A DNA stretch of 64,000 nucleotides from an uncultured Bacteroidales bacterium. GTDB lineage: Bacteria; Bacteroidota; Bacteroidia; Bacteroidales; DTU049. The DNA lies in NCBI GenBank assembly GCA_964388575.1, contig CAYMAZ010000011.1, positions 1,141 to 65,140 on the forward strand, given 5' to 3'. Each line of letters opens with the position of its first letter. Position 1 is the first letter of the stretch. Both the position numbers and the translations under genes were made by a program. Below the pieces are notes generated by a model. It saw only the letters and a list, made by a program, of their open reading frames with translations. It made no database searches and was not told the DNA's origin. Shown here one piece after another: positions 49,751-59,773 of this stretch.

Positions 49751-49820
49751 TCAGAGAGAAGTGCGTCGTGGATACTTTGTGAAAACTTCGTGAAACGTTG
49801 TGAAACCAATCGCCAATATT

Positions 49821-51224
49821 CTATAACAGGCTTTCATCAATCTGATAAGGAGCAATGTGTTCAGGTTTGCAATGAAGTATACACTGATCGCAACTTGAAA
49901 GTTCACCCTTCAGGCGCCGGTGCACCATATTCTCAGTACGAGTCTGCAATCTTTCAACCCTGATCTTTCTGACAACTTCGTCAGCAAAAGCATACATCAT
50001 CAGCAAACGTGCATTTTTTTCACAAATTCCGCGCTGACGCAGATAAAACATTGAGTCAAGATCGAGCTGTCCGGTTGTAGAACCGTGACTACACCGCACA
50101 TCATCATTGTAGATTTCAAGGAAAGGTTTACTTATGACACTTGCCTGATCAGTCAGAAGGATATTCTTGTTCGACTGAAACGCTTCGGTTTTCATTGCAC
50201 CTTCAGCAACAAAGATATGACCTGTAAACACTGAACTGGCTTCTTCATCAAGAATCCCCTTAAAAGTCTGACGACTGAAGCAGTTGGGCGCATAATGCCT
50301 CACAAACAACTGATTATCTACATGTTGTGTTTTGTCAATCAGATAAAGCCCGGATAAATCAGCATTTGCCTCAGTGCCATTCAAATTCACGACAAATTCA
50401 TTTCTGATGGATCCTGCATTAAACGTAATCATATTGCTATGCAACTGCCCCTGTGATTCAATATTAAAAAAAGATGTATTGATCATTGAAGAGCTGAGGT
50501 CTTTATTCTGAAGCTTATAATGGTCAAGTTTGGCATTTTCGCCAATAAAGAACTCAGTGACTGAATTTTTAAAGGAATTCTTATCTTCCAGTGAATCATC
50601 ACATTGCAAAAAAGTCAGGCTGCTGTTTTTCTCAAGTACAATCAGGTTTCTTGTCTGGACAAACAGTCCATCCCTGTGCATGATAAGGTTCACCAATTGC
50701 ATGGGTGTATCACAATGAATGTTTTCAGGAACATAAATAAACAAACCGTCAGATGCCAGTGCTGCGTTCAAAGCTGTCAAGCCATTATAGGTTGCAGTTT
50801 CTGATTTGCTCCAAAACTTTTCAATAAGATCGGGAAACTCCATAAGTGCCTGTTTGATACTTCCGGCTATGATTCCGTTATCCATGCGGGTCAGTGGACT
50901 TGAATCGTACAGATTATGACCGTTGTAATTGGCAAAGAAAAGTGTTTCAAAATTGTGAATTTCACATTTAAAAACGTTGTTCACATCAATGGAACGATCG
51001 ATCTGTATATCATTGCTGAATTTATATTCAGGCTGAAGGATTTTTCCCAGATCTGTTCCCTTCCAATATTCCATAGCAGTTGACGGGAATCCGTTTTCTT
51101 TAAAAAAATCCAATGCCTTATTACGCTCAGATTGAACATAATCAGGAAAACCTAAATGATCACCATTCAGTCTGTCGTACAACTTCAACAAGTTATCAGT
51201 TAATACTTGTATGTTCTGATTCAT
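49821..51224 (-). CDS. sufD: Fe-S cluster assembly protein SufD
   Basis: C-terminal beta-helix region with ..KPFLEIYNDDVRCSHGSTTGQLD..MFYLRQRGI... Follows sufB-sufC. Confidence 0.9.
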   Translation of the reverse strand: MNQNIQVLTDNLLKLYDRLNGDHLGFPDYVQSERNKALDFFKENGFPSTAMEYWKGTDLGKILQPEYKFSNDIQIDRSIDVNNVFKCEIHNFETLFFANYNGHNLYDSSPLTRMDNGIIAGSIKQALMEFPDLIEKFWSKSETATYNGLTALNAALASDGLFIYVPENIHCDTPMQLVNLIMHRDGLFVQTRNLIVLEKNSSLTFLQCDDSLEDKNSFKNSVTEFFIGENAKLDHYKLQNKDLSSSMINTSFFNIESQGQLHSNMITFNAGSIRNEFVVNLNGTEANADLSGLYLIDKTQHVDNQLFVRHYAPNCFSRQTFKGILDEEASSVFTGHIFVAEGAMKTEAFQSNKNILLTDQASVISKPFLEIYNDDVRCSHGSTTGQLDLDSMFYLRQRGICEKNARLLMMYAFADEVVRKIRVERLQTRTENMVHRRLKGELSSCDQCILHCKPEHIAPYQIDESLL

Positions 51225-51233
51225 GAGTTTCTC

Positions 51234-51980
51234 CTAATTAATTTCCTTTATCCAGTTATACCCTTTTTCTTCAAGTTCGAGAGCCAACTCTTTGCCTCCT
51301 GATTTCACCAATTTTCCATCATATAAAATATGAACATAATCTGGAACGATATAATCCAGTAGCCTCTGATAATGGGTGATTACAATTGTTGCATTATCCG
51401 GTCTTTTCAATTTATTGACACCATTGGCAACAATACGGAGGGCATCAATATCAAGTCCTGAATCAGTTTCATCCAGAATTGCCATCTGAGGTTCAAGCAT
51501 AGCCATCTGAAAAATTTCATTTCGTTTTTTCTCACCTCCTGAAAATCCTTCATTTACAGAACGGTTGGTTAAAGAAGTACTCAATTCAACAAGTTCCTGC
51601 TTTTCACGCATCAATTTCAGAAAATCAGCTGAAGTAAGTTCAGGTTGTCCGCGATACTTTCGAACTTCATTAATTGCAGTTTTCATAAAATTAACCATGG
51701 AAACACCCGGAATTTCAACAGGATATTGAAAGCCAATGAATAACCCTTCACGTGCACGATCTTCTATAGACATATCTAGAAGGTTATGTCCTTTGTAAAT
51801 CACTTCGCCATCATCAACATTAAACAAGTCACGACCAGCCAAAACCTGTGCAAGTGTGCTTTTTCCGGTTCCGTTCGGACCCATGATCGCATGAATCTCA
51901 CCGGGTCTCACATCAAGATTGAAGTTTTTCAGAATATTTTTACCGTTGACTGAAACTTTTAAATTTTTTATGTGTAACAT
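51234..51980 (-). CDS. sufC: Fe-S cluster assembly ATPase SufC
   Basis: The start is set at MLHIKNLKV (ATG at 51980). GPNGTGKST (Walker A), LSGGEKKR-like FSGGEKKRNE and LDETDSGLD (Walker B). Confidence 0.93.
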   Translation of the reverse strand: MLHIKNLKVSVNGKNILKNFNLDVRPGEIHAIMGPNGTGKSTLAQVLAGRDLFNVDDGEVIYKGHNLLDMSIEDRAREGLFIGFQYPVEIPGVSMVNFMKTAINEVRKYRGQPELTSADFLKLMREKQELVELSTSLTNRSVNEGFSGGEKKRNEIFQMAMLEPQMAILDETDSGLDIDALRIVANGVNKLKRPDNATIVITHYQRLLDYIVPDYVHILYDGKLVKSGGKELALELEEKGYNWIKEIN

Positions 51981-52029
51981 ATCTTTTTCTTTAAACTTAT
52001 TTTTACTTTGTACTTTTTTAACTTTTAAA

Positions 52030-53475
52030 CTACCCAACGCTCCCTTCCAGACTTATACTCAGAAGTTTTTGTGCTTCAACAGCAAACTCCATCGGCAGTT
52101 TCTTTAAAACCTCTCTGGCATATCCGTTTACAATGAGTCCGATTGCATCCTCCATTCCAATACCACGTTGCAGGCAGTAGAACAACTGATCATCTGAAAT
52201 TTTTGAAGTTGTGGCTTCATGCTCAACAATAGACGATCTGTTATCAACCTGTATGTATGGAAAAGTATGTGCCCCACAGGTATCTCCCATGAGCAAAGAG
52301 TCACATTGGGTGAAATTGCGGCTTCCAGTTGCTGCTTTACCAATTCTTACCAGTCCGCGATACGCATTATTGCTTTTCCCGGCTGAAATTCCCTTTGAAA
52401 TGATTGTGCTGCTGGTATTTTTTCCAATGTGGATCATTTTAGATCCCGTATCTGCCTGTTGATGATTATTTGTCACTGCCACAGAATAAAATTCACCGAC
52501 AGAATTTTCTCCAAGTAAAATACAGCTAGGATACTTCCATGTAATCGCACTCCCTGTTTCAACCTGGGTCCATGAAATTTTTGAGTTCTTTCCTTTACAG
52601 ATTCCCCGTTTTGTCACAAAATTATAGATGCCTCCTTTTCCCTGTTTATCTCCAGGAAACCAGTTCTGTACTGTTGAATACTTCACTTCTGCATTGTCCA
52701 TAGCTACAATTTCAACAACTGCAGCATGAAGCTGATTTTCATCACGCATTGGGGCTGTACATCCTTCCATATAACTCACATAAGACCCTTCGTCAGCAAT
52801 GATGAGTGTACGCTCAAACTGACCGGTATTACGCGCATTAATACGAAAATATGTGCTCAATTCAATTGGGCAACGCACACCTTTCGGTATGTAACAGAAT
52901 GAACCGTCGCTAAAAACTGCTGAATTGAGAGCTGCATAATAATTATCACTAAATGGAACCACCGAACCGAGATACTTTTTCACTAGGTCAGGATGATGCT
53001 GAACTGCGTCACTCATTGAACAAAAAATCACTCCGTGGTCAGCAAGAGTTTCCTGCATGGTTGTTTTTACGGATACACTGTCAAATACTGCATCCACAGC
53101 CACGCCACTCAGCATTTTCTGTTCTTCAAGCGGAATTCCGAGTTTATTAAATGTATCTATAAGTTCAGGATCTACTTCATCCAAAGATTTGAGTTCAGGT
53201 TTATTCTTTGGTGCAGCATAATAAATGATATCCTGAAAATCAATTTCAGGGATGCTCAGATGACCCCACTTCGGATGAACCATTTCTTTCCATTTTCTGA
53301 AAGCCCGAAGTCTGAATTCGAGCATGAACTCGGGTTCATTCTTTATTTCTGAAATCTTACGAACAACATTTTCATCCAATCCTTTTGGAAAATAGTCCAT
53401 TTCAATTTCCGTTGTAAAGCCGAATTTATATTCATTTTCAATGACTTCCGGAATTATGTTATTTTCTTCATTCAT
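52030..53475 (-). CDS. sufB: Fe-S cluster assembly scaffold SufB
   Basis: ..YKFGF.T.IE...., ..GVIFCS..DA...HP.LV.KYLG.VVP..DN. and the C-terminus [30 protein letters not shown]-like are classic SufB. Confidence 0.95.
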   Translation of the reverse strand: MNEENNIIPEVIENEYKFGFTTEIEMDYFPKGLDENVVRKISEIKNEPEFMLEFRLRAFRKWKEMVHPKWGHLSIPEIDFQDIIYYAAPKNKPELKSLDEVDPELIDTFNKLGIPLEEQKMLSGVAVDAVFDSVSVKTTMQETLADHGVIFCSMSDAVQHHPDLVKKYLGSVVPFSDNYYAALNSAVFSDGSFCYIPKGVRCPIELSTYFRINARNTGQFERTLIIADEGSYVSYMEGCTAPMRDENQLHAAVVEIVAMDNAEVKYSTVQNWFPGDKQGKGGIYNFVTKRGICKGKNSKISWTQVETGSAITWKYPSCILLGENSVGEFYSVAVTNNHQQADTGSKMIHIGKNTSSTIISKGISAGKSNNAYRGLVRIGKAATGSRNFTQCDSLLMGDTCGAHTFPYIQVDNRSSIVEHEATTSKISDDQLFYCLQRGIGMEDAIGLIVNGYAREVLKKLPMEFAVEAQKLLSISLEGSVG

Positions 53476-53514
53476 GATTACTATTTTAATTTATTCCATA
53501 TAAGAATTGAAATG

Positions 53515-53522
53515 CAAAATTA
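53515..53522 (-). promoter_or_regulatory. Candidate -7 box TAATTTTG for the suf operon
   Basis: The minus strand reads TAATTTTG about 40 nt upstream of the sufB ATG (53475). Confidence 0.4.
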
Positions 53523-53803
53523 CAAAATATTCCATAAAAATATTTACTGATTTCAATAGGATGCAAATCTTTAAAAAAAATTGACATTTGAAAAACTGAA
53601 TCTCAGGCAAAAAATAAAGCGACGTTTTTTAAATCGAACATCTGATTCAAATAAAATATTTTCAACATACTTGAAGTACCCATTTTGCTGATAATCTGAA
53701 TCATACAACGCTCAATGTTAATAATTTATTTGCAAATACAACTAAAAACTGTAATTTTAACAAAAAAAAGTATAAAAAAATATAAAAATTCAAATTTTAT
53801 TTA

Positions 53804-53811
53804 TATTTTTG
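53804..53811 (+). promoter_or_regulatory. Candidate -7 box TATTTTTG
   Basis: TAnnTTTG match 87 nt upstream of the ATG at 53898. Confidence 0.35.
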
Positions 53812-53897
53812 CTGGCAATAAATTGCTTTTAATCTATAAACTTATTCCATAAAAAGATATTTTTTTACTACAAGAAATAATTTAAAAAATTGACAAA

Positions 53898-56800
53898 ATG
53901 ATACATGAAGTATATAAAACCATTGTTCAGGAAGCTCCATATGGTTTTAGTATGTTTCAAATCATTTCAAATGATTTGAACAAACCGTATCATTTTCGAT
54001 GTACTGAAATTAATTCTGCTTTTGAGAAAATATCGGGAATTCAAGCCGAACAGATTATAAATCATGGAGCATCCGATGTTTTTAGCCGGATGTTTCAGGA
54101 TGGTTTTGACTGGAACATTCTTTTTTTAGAAGTTCTCAGTAAACACAAACAGGAAGAGATTAAGAAATTCCATACAACTCTGAATCAGTGGGTTAACATA
54201 ATTATTCAACCCATCAATAATCAATATATCTGTGCAATTTTATACACAGGACATGAGTTTGAAAAAGAAGAACATATTATCAATCAGCCTGTTAAACAAG
54301 AATCACTGACTGATGTTGCTGGTTTTTCACTAAATGAGGAGGGTAAAATAACAGAAGTTGACCAGCATTGGAGCCAGTTATTCGGATACACTCTTGAGGA
54401 AGTTTCAGGCCGCTGGTTCGGGGTATTTATTCATCCTGAACACATCGATGACTTTATTCAATGGTTTAACAAACTAAAATATTCAGGCAAGCTTGACAAA
54501 GAACTGAAAATTAATACTCGGACTGGTGACAACAGTTTGTTTCACTTCAGTGGTATGGTCATTTCTAAAGATGACAATCAGACCATCAGTATTGTATGCC
54601 GGATGGAGAGAAAGCCTGAAACAGATGTATTTCATTATAATCAGGAAGAAGCAATAAATGTTGTTCCTGAGAATCAAACAAATGAGATCAAGGAACAAAA
54701 TGAACCAAAAGGTATTCAATTTCAAAATGATGTTGAACCTCATCCTGAGTCCCATCATAAAGAACAACAATTTTCGTCATCCCTAGATTTAGAGTTCCTG
54801 AAAGAAATTACCCGAAATATTCCGATTCTTATTGCAATTACTGATTCTGAAGGAAATTTTGAGTTTACAAGTAAATCTTACGATATTTTAGGAAAACAGT
54901 CCGGCAGTTTGAAAGGAAAAAATTTCGCTGAGCTCATTCACCGGGATGAAAAAAATGATATTGGTCTGATTCTGAATGATCTCAACAAACATCCTGATTC
55001 CATCCGTACAATAGAGTTACGCTATCAGTCTCCCGACGGCAATTATATATCTTATGAAACAACCATTCATAGTGTTGTTTTGACTGAAAACGAACCACAA
55101 TTCATTATCACTTCAGTAAATCTTTCTGAACGAAAAAACGCCCAGATCTCTTTACGCACAAGTGAAGAAAAATTTCGCAGACTTGTTGAACATTCTCCGG
55201 ATATCGTTTACAGTTATTCATCAATACATGGAAGAAGGTTTCATTCTTCAAAGGTTCTTCATGTTATCGGGTATTCAACTGAGCAATTGCATAGTGACCC
55301 CTCTTTGTGGAGAACTTTAATCCATCCGGACGATCAGGCAATATTTGACAGAGCACTTGCCGCTACAGAAACAGGTCATGCACTGAATATTGAATACCGC
55401 ATCAAAGATGCAACAGATCAGTGGAAATGGATTTATGACCGCAGCATTCATATTCACTATAGGTATGGAGAGACTCTGATCGAGGGTCTTGCCATGGACA
55501 TTACAGATCGCAAACAGGCTGAAGAGCAATTGCAACTAACCAAAGATACCTACGTGGGAATTTTCAATTCCCTCACTGAAGCAATCTTTATTCAGGACGA
55601 GTCAGGGTCATTCATTGATGTCAACAAAGGGGCAATGTTAACTTACGGTTACGAAAGAAAAGAGCTCATCGGTAAATCCCTTCTTTCACTAGCTGCTCCT
55701 GAAATGAACGACTTTGAGCAGATAAAACAAATTCTGAAGGATGTTTTTCTGACCGGAAAATCAGAACAGATTGATTTCTGGGGAATTCGTAAAAACAGAG
55801 AAATTTTTCCAAAAGATGTCATCATCAATAAAGGGAATTACTTTGGTCAGAACATTCTGATTATCACAGCCAGGGATACTTCCGAACGAAAACAGGCAGA
55901 AAAAAAATCCTTTGAGCATAATCTTTTTGTTTCTTCTCTTATGAAGGCTGTTCCTGTTGCTGTTTTTTACAAAGACCTTAATGGTAAGTTCATTGATTGT
56001 AATGATATTTTCACAGAGATTACGGGCCTGAAGAAAGAAGATATATTAGGCAAAACTGTCAGTGATATTTGGGAGAATGATATTTCTGAATATTTTATGA
56101 GTAAGGATAAGGAACTTCTTTCATCTTCAGATTACATCATGTATGAGCACATTGTGAAAAACAGAAATGGAGAAATCATCCCCGTAATTCTGACAATAGA
56201 TTTTTTTAATGATTCGGAAGGAAATAAAGCAGGAATAGTTGGAGCTGTCATTGACATCCGGAATCAAAAAAAAGCCGAAGATGAACTCAAGAAAGCTAAA
56301 GAACAGGCTGAAAACAATGATCGACTGAAATCTGCTTTTCTTGCCAATATGAGTCATGAAATTCGGACTCCAATGAACGGAATTCTGGGATTTACAAGTT
56401 TGCTCAAAGAACCGCTCGGACCAGGAGAAAACCAGAATGAATACATTGAAATTATAGAACAGAGCGGGCAAAGAATGCTTGGCATTATAAATGATTTAAT
56501 CAACATTTCAAAGATTGAAGCGGGTCAGATGGATGTTTCGATTACAGACATCAACCTCAACGAACAGCTTGAATATCTTTTCACTTTTTTCCTGCCTGAA
56601 GCCCAGAAGAAAGGAATTCAACTCTTTGTTTATACTCCACTTTCTGATCAGAATGCCAATATTCAAACTGATAAAGAAAAAGTTATTGCCGTATTAACCA
56701 ATCTTATCAAAAATTCAATCAAGTTCACTGACAAAGGAAGTATTGAGTTTGGTTATGAGATGAAAGATTCAGACATCAGGTTTTTTGTTAAAGACACAGG

Positions 56801-57446
56801 CATGGGTATTCCCAAAGAGAAACAAAAACAGATTTTTGAACGTTTTGTACAGGCACAAAAAAATCTACCCGGCAACAGGGAGGGAGTTGGTCTTGGGCTT
56901 TCAATCTCAAAAGCTTATGTAGAATTGCTTGGAGGTAAAATCTGGGTTGAATCCGAGAAAGGCATTGGAGCTTCATTCTTCTTCACAATTCCAGTTTCCA
57001 TTGCCGAAAGTGTCGTTAATGATGAAGACCAGGGAGTTGAATCTCATAAAAAAGAACTCAAAACAAACAAACTGCATGTGCTGATTGTTGAAGATGACAA
57101 CATCTCATCATTTTTGCTTACAAAAATTATTGAAGACATATCTGTCAAAATCCATCACGCACAATCTGGCGATGAGGCAATTCAGATTTTCAAATCTCAT
57201 CCTGAAATTAATCTAATACTTATGGACATCAAACTACCTGGAATGGATGGTTACGAAACGACACGCCATATCAGAAAAATCAACAAAGATGTCATCATCA
57301 TTGCACAAACAGCATACGCTCAAAAAGAGGATAAGAACAAATCATTCGAGGCTGGGTGTAATGAGCACATTACTAAGCCTTTAAATTCCACAACAATCAT
57401 TAATACAATAAACAGACTGTGTGCTGAAAAGGATTATTCCAATTGA
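53898..57446 (+). CDS. Hybrid sensor histidine kinase / response regulator with multiple PAS domains
   Basis: Several PAS/PAC-like modules. HisKA H-box FLANMSHEIRTPMNGI. HATPase motifs (N box LIKNSIKFT, DTGMGIP, GVGLGLSI). C-terminal receiver (LIVEDD...MDIKLPGMDGYE...TK). Confidence 0.9.
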   Translation: MIHEVYKTIVQEAPYGFSMFQIISNDLNKPYHFRCTEINSAFEKISGIQAEQIINHGASDVFSRMFQDGFDWNILFLEVLSKHKQEEIKKFHTTLNQWVNIIIQPINNQYICAILYTGHEFEKEEHIINQPVKQESLTDVAGFSLNEEGKITEVDQHWSQLFGYTLEEVSGRWFGVFIHPEHIDDFIQWFNKLKYSGKLDKELKINTRTGDNSLFHFSGMVISKDDNQTISIVCRMERKPETDVFHYNQEEAINVVPENQTNEIKEQNEPKGIQFQNDVEPHPESHHKEQQFSSSLDLEFLKEITRNIPILIAITDSEGNFEFTSKSYDILGKQSGSLKGKNFAELIHRDEKNDIGLILNDLNKHPDSIRTIELRYQSPDGNYISYETTIHSVVLTENEPQFIITSVNLSERKNAQISLRTSEEKFRRLVEHSPDIVYSYSSIHGRRFHSSKVLHVIGYSTEQLHSDPSLWRTLIHPDDQAIFDRALAATETGHALNIEYRIKDATDQWKWIYDRSIHIHYRYGETLIEGLAMDITDRKQAEEQLQLTKDTYVGIFNSLTEAIFIQDESGSFIDVNKGAMLTYGYERKELIGKSLLSLAAPEMNDFEQIKQILKDVFLTGKSEQIDFWGIRKNREIFPKDVIINKGNYFGQNILIITARDTSERKQAEKKSFEHNLFVSSLMKAVPVAVFYKDLNGKFIDCNDIFTEITGLKKEDILGKTVSDIWENDISEYFMSKDKELLSSSDYIMYEHIVKNRNGEIIPVILTIDFFNDSEGNKAGIVGAVIDIRNQKKAEDELKKAKEQAENNDRLKSAFLANMSHEIRTPMNGILGFTSLLKEPLGPGENQNEYIEIIEQSGQRMLGIINDLINISKIEAGQMDVSITDINLNEQLEYLFTFFLPEAQKKGIQLFVYTPLSDQNANIQTDKEKVIAVLTNLIKNSIKFTDKGSIEFGYEMKDSDIRFFVKDTGMGIPKEKQKQIFERFVQAQKNLPGNREGVGLGLSISKAYVELLGGKIWVESEKGIGASFFFTIPVSIAESVVNDEDQGVESHKKELKTNKLHVLIVEDDNISSFLLTKIIEDISVKIHHAQSGDEAIQIFKSHPEINLILMDIKLPGMDGYETTRHIRKINKDVIIIAQTAYAQKEDKNKSFEAGCNEHITKPLNSTTIINTINRLCAEKDYSN

Positions 57447-57448
57447 TT

Positions 57449-58360
57449 TCAGAGTTCTTCACACAAGCCATCATAGGCTTCAATAGAGTTTTTGAATATT
57501 TCTCTGGCTTCAAATATTAGAGGAGAAACATCTCTGTAACGGCTTGAAAAATGTCCGATGATGAGCCTTCCAGCTCCTGATTGTTTAGCTATCATGGCAG
57601 CCTGCCGGGCTGTGCTATGAAATTTTCGTTCTGCATTTTCCGATTGATCATCTGCAAAAGAGGCTTCATGATATAGCAATGACACATTTTGTATTAAAGG
57701 GATGATTGAGTCTTCATACGCAGTATCAGAACAATAAGCATAAGACCTTGATACAGCAGGAATACGAATAATGGAATCGTTTGAATATCTTGTTCCTTTT
57801 TCATCTATAAAATCTTCTCCTGCAAGTATTCTTGAATACCATTCAACCGGGATGTTGTGCTGCTCTGTAAATTCCTTTCTGATATTACGTGCTCTTTTCT
57901 TCTCCTGGAATAGAAAGCCACATGTTGGTATTCTGTGTTTCAGCGGAAAAGAAGTGACAGTAACATGTTTGTCATTATGAATTGTTTGAGGCTTCTCATT
58001 GCTGAGAAAATGATAGTTCAGTTTAAAGGACAATGCTGTTGAAGCAGCATTAAGTTGAAGATTAATAATTTCCTTCAAGTCGGGAAAACAAAAAATATTC
58101 AGATCGCGTTTTCTGTTATATAAGTGCATTGAGTTAATCAGCCCAATCAGTCCGAAATAATGATCACCATGCAAATGAGAAATAAAAACATGATTGATTT
58201 TACTCATAGGAATCTGATATTTCATCATTGAAATCTGAGCACCTTCTCCGCAGTCAATCAAATACAAATGCTCATGTACATTGAGTACATGAGCACTTGT
58301 AAGCCGTTCAGTTGTAGGTTTTGCTGATCCTGAACCTAAAATTGTGACGGCAAATTTCAT
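57449..58360 (-). CDS. rnz: Ribonuclease Z (tRNA 3' endonuclease, MBL fold)
   Basis: ILGSGSAKPT....., LIDCGEG, ISHLHGDHYFGL and the C-terminus ..IGHFSSRY. Confidence 0.9.
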   Translation of the reverse strand: MKFAVTILGSGSAKPTTERLTSAHVLNVHEHLYLIDCGEGAQISMMKYQIPMSKINHVFISHLHGDHYFGLIGLINSMHLYNRKRDLNIFCFPDLKEIINLQLNAASTALSFKLNYHFLSNEKPQTIHNDKHVTVTSFPLKHRIPTCGFLFQEKKRARNIRKEFTEQHNIPVEWYSRILAGEDFIDEKGTRYSNDSIIRIPAVSRSYAYCSDTAYEDSIIPLIQNVSLLYHEASFADDQSENAERKFHSTARQAAMIAKQSGAGRLIIGHFSSRYRDVSPLIFEAREIFKNSIEAYDGLCEEL

Positions 58361-58365
58361 TCCTG

Positions 58366-59100
58366 TTATCTGGAAATATTCAGTTTTTTTGTAATGACAA
58401 TATCTCCGTTACTTATTTTGTAGAAATACATTCCCGGAGGATATTGTTTTAAAGGAATTGTCAAATTATTTAATCCTGGAGATATTTGATGCTTGGACTC
58501 TGCAATGAGAGTTCCAACAAGATTATAGAGTGTAAAACTGAGATTTTCATGACCTGGTGAAAATACTTCTACGGTTGTGTACTCATTAGCAGGATTTGGA
58601 AATGCCTTCTGAACAGAAAATTGTTGATTTGTATAGGGAACTACAGATGAAGGCTGCATATCAATTTTATAAAACTTTACAGTGTCTGCCACACTCATGG
58701 GTAATCCCTGAAAGTTTCCATTTGCAGACAAAGCAATCTGAATATTGTGAACTCCTTCAACATTGGTTACCCCTTGAATTATAAGACATCCTTTCTGACC
58801 CCCAAGCCAGAAATTGTTTGGTGCATCTGTTTCCCATGTAAGTCCGGCAGGCAATCCCAAAACATTGACGACACCTATTGAATCAATTTGTACCGTCATG
58901 CTCATAAAAATTGTATCTGTTGGAATCATCGCTGAAATCACAGCCTGATAATTCTGACCGGCAATTCCTGGTGGAAGATTTGTGGCACTATCTGGACTGA
59001 ATCCTGGTGTGTTTAGAGACGGATCCGGAGTACAGGGTTGTGATAATGCAACAAATGAAATTACAACAAAGAAAACAGTTGAAAATAATATTCTTTTCAT
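58366..59100 (-). CDS. T9SS-sorted small surface protein, hypothetical
   Basis: Signal peptide. C-terminal AFPNPANEYTTVEVF...LYNLVGTLI...PGMYFYKISNG..VITKKLNI fits the T9SS CTD. Confidence 0.65.
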   Translation of the reverse strand: MKRILFSTVFFVVISFVALSQPCTPDPSLNTPGFSPDSATNLPPGIAGQNYQAVISAMIPTDTIFMSMTVQIDSIGVVNVLGLPAGLTWETDAPNNFWLGGQKGCLIIQGVTNVEGVHNIQIALSANGNFQGLPMSVADTVKFYKIDMQPSSVVPYTNQQFSVQKAFPNPANEYTTVEVFSPGHENLSFTLYNLVGTLIAESKHQISPGLNNLTIPLKQYPPGMYFYKISNGDIVITKKLNISR

Positions 59101-59380
59101 ACGAATTGGATTTATTATACAAAATTAATACTTTTTTTTAAGATTACAATTGAATTCGTCTAAAAAAATCTCACAAAACGATAATGAAGATTTTTAACTG
59201 AAATACAGATTTCAAAATAATTCATTCCTTAAGGCTGTCCCCTATGTTATAAAGAAATGATGATCCTGATGTTCGTGAAGAAAAGGAACAAATACATTTT
59301 TTCTTATGTCTCCTGTTCATAGAACAATGTTAAAATCTGATAAAACAATCTACACAGTTATTCAGCATTAATCCAGTAAT

Positions 59381-59416
59381 CAAAAAAAAGGAAGCGAACC
59401 TCATTCCCTTCCTTTT
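59381..59416 (-). terminator. Rho-independent terminator downstream of rpmH
   Basis: AAGGAAG (59388-59394) pairs with CTTCCTT (59408-59414). On the minus strand a T8 run follows the hairpin. Confidence 0.7.
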
Positions 59417-59483
59417 ATCATATCACACTGAGATTTTTTGCAAACAGTTGTCTCAGCGCACAGTACTTTTTTATATCAATAAA

Positions 59484-59642
59484 CTATCGTTTATGTAATT
59501 TTTCGTCAGAAACAGACAATCTTTTTCTGCCCTTTGCTCTTCTTCTCGCTAAAACACTGCGACCGTTAACAGATGACATACGTTTGCGAAATCCGTGTTT
59601 ATTTCTTCTTTTCCGTAATGATGGCTGAAATGTTCTTTTCAT
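59484..59642 (-). CDS. rpmH: 50S ribosomal protein L34 (too short for the ORF track)
   Basis: The minus-strand translation is [61 protein letters not shown]...HGFR.RM is the L34 signature. Confidence 0.9.
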   Translation of the reverse strand: MKRTFQPSLRKRRNKHGFRKRMSSVNGRSVLARRRAKGRKRLSVSDEKLHKR

Positions 59643-59664
59643 TGTTCTTCGTGTATTGGGAGTG

Positions 59665-59672
59665 CAAAATTA
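59665..59672 (-). promoter_or_regulatory. Candidate -7 box TAATTTTG for rpmH
   Basis: The minus strand reads TAATTTTG 22 nt upstream of the rpmH ATG (59642). Confidence 0.45.
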
Positions 59673-59773
59673 GTAATTTTTTTTATGTTTCCAAATATTT
59701 TTACAAAAAAACTTTTGGGCCTGAAGTAAAGTGTTTTTTAAAAAGCAAGTAAACCATATAAAAAAGTTTTCTT

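Noticed and set aside
51981-52037. N-terminal extension of sufC ([19 protein letters not shown]...) overlapping the sufB stop
   Set aside because: SufC proteins begin at the MLxIKNL motif, and the Lys-rich extension looks like translated intergenic sequence.
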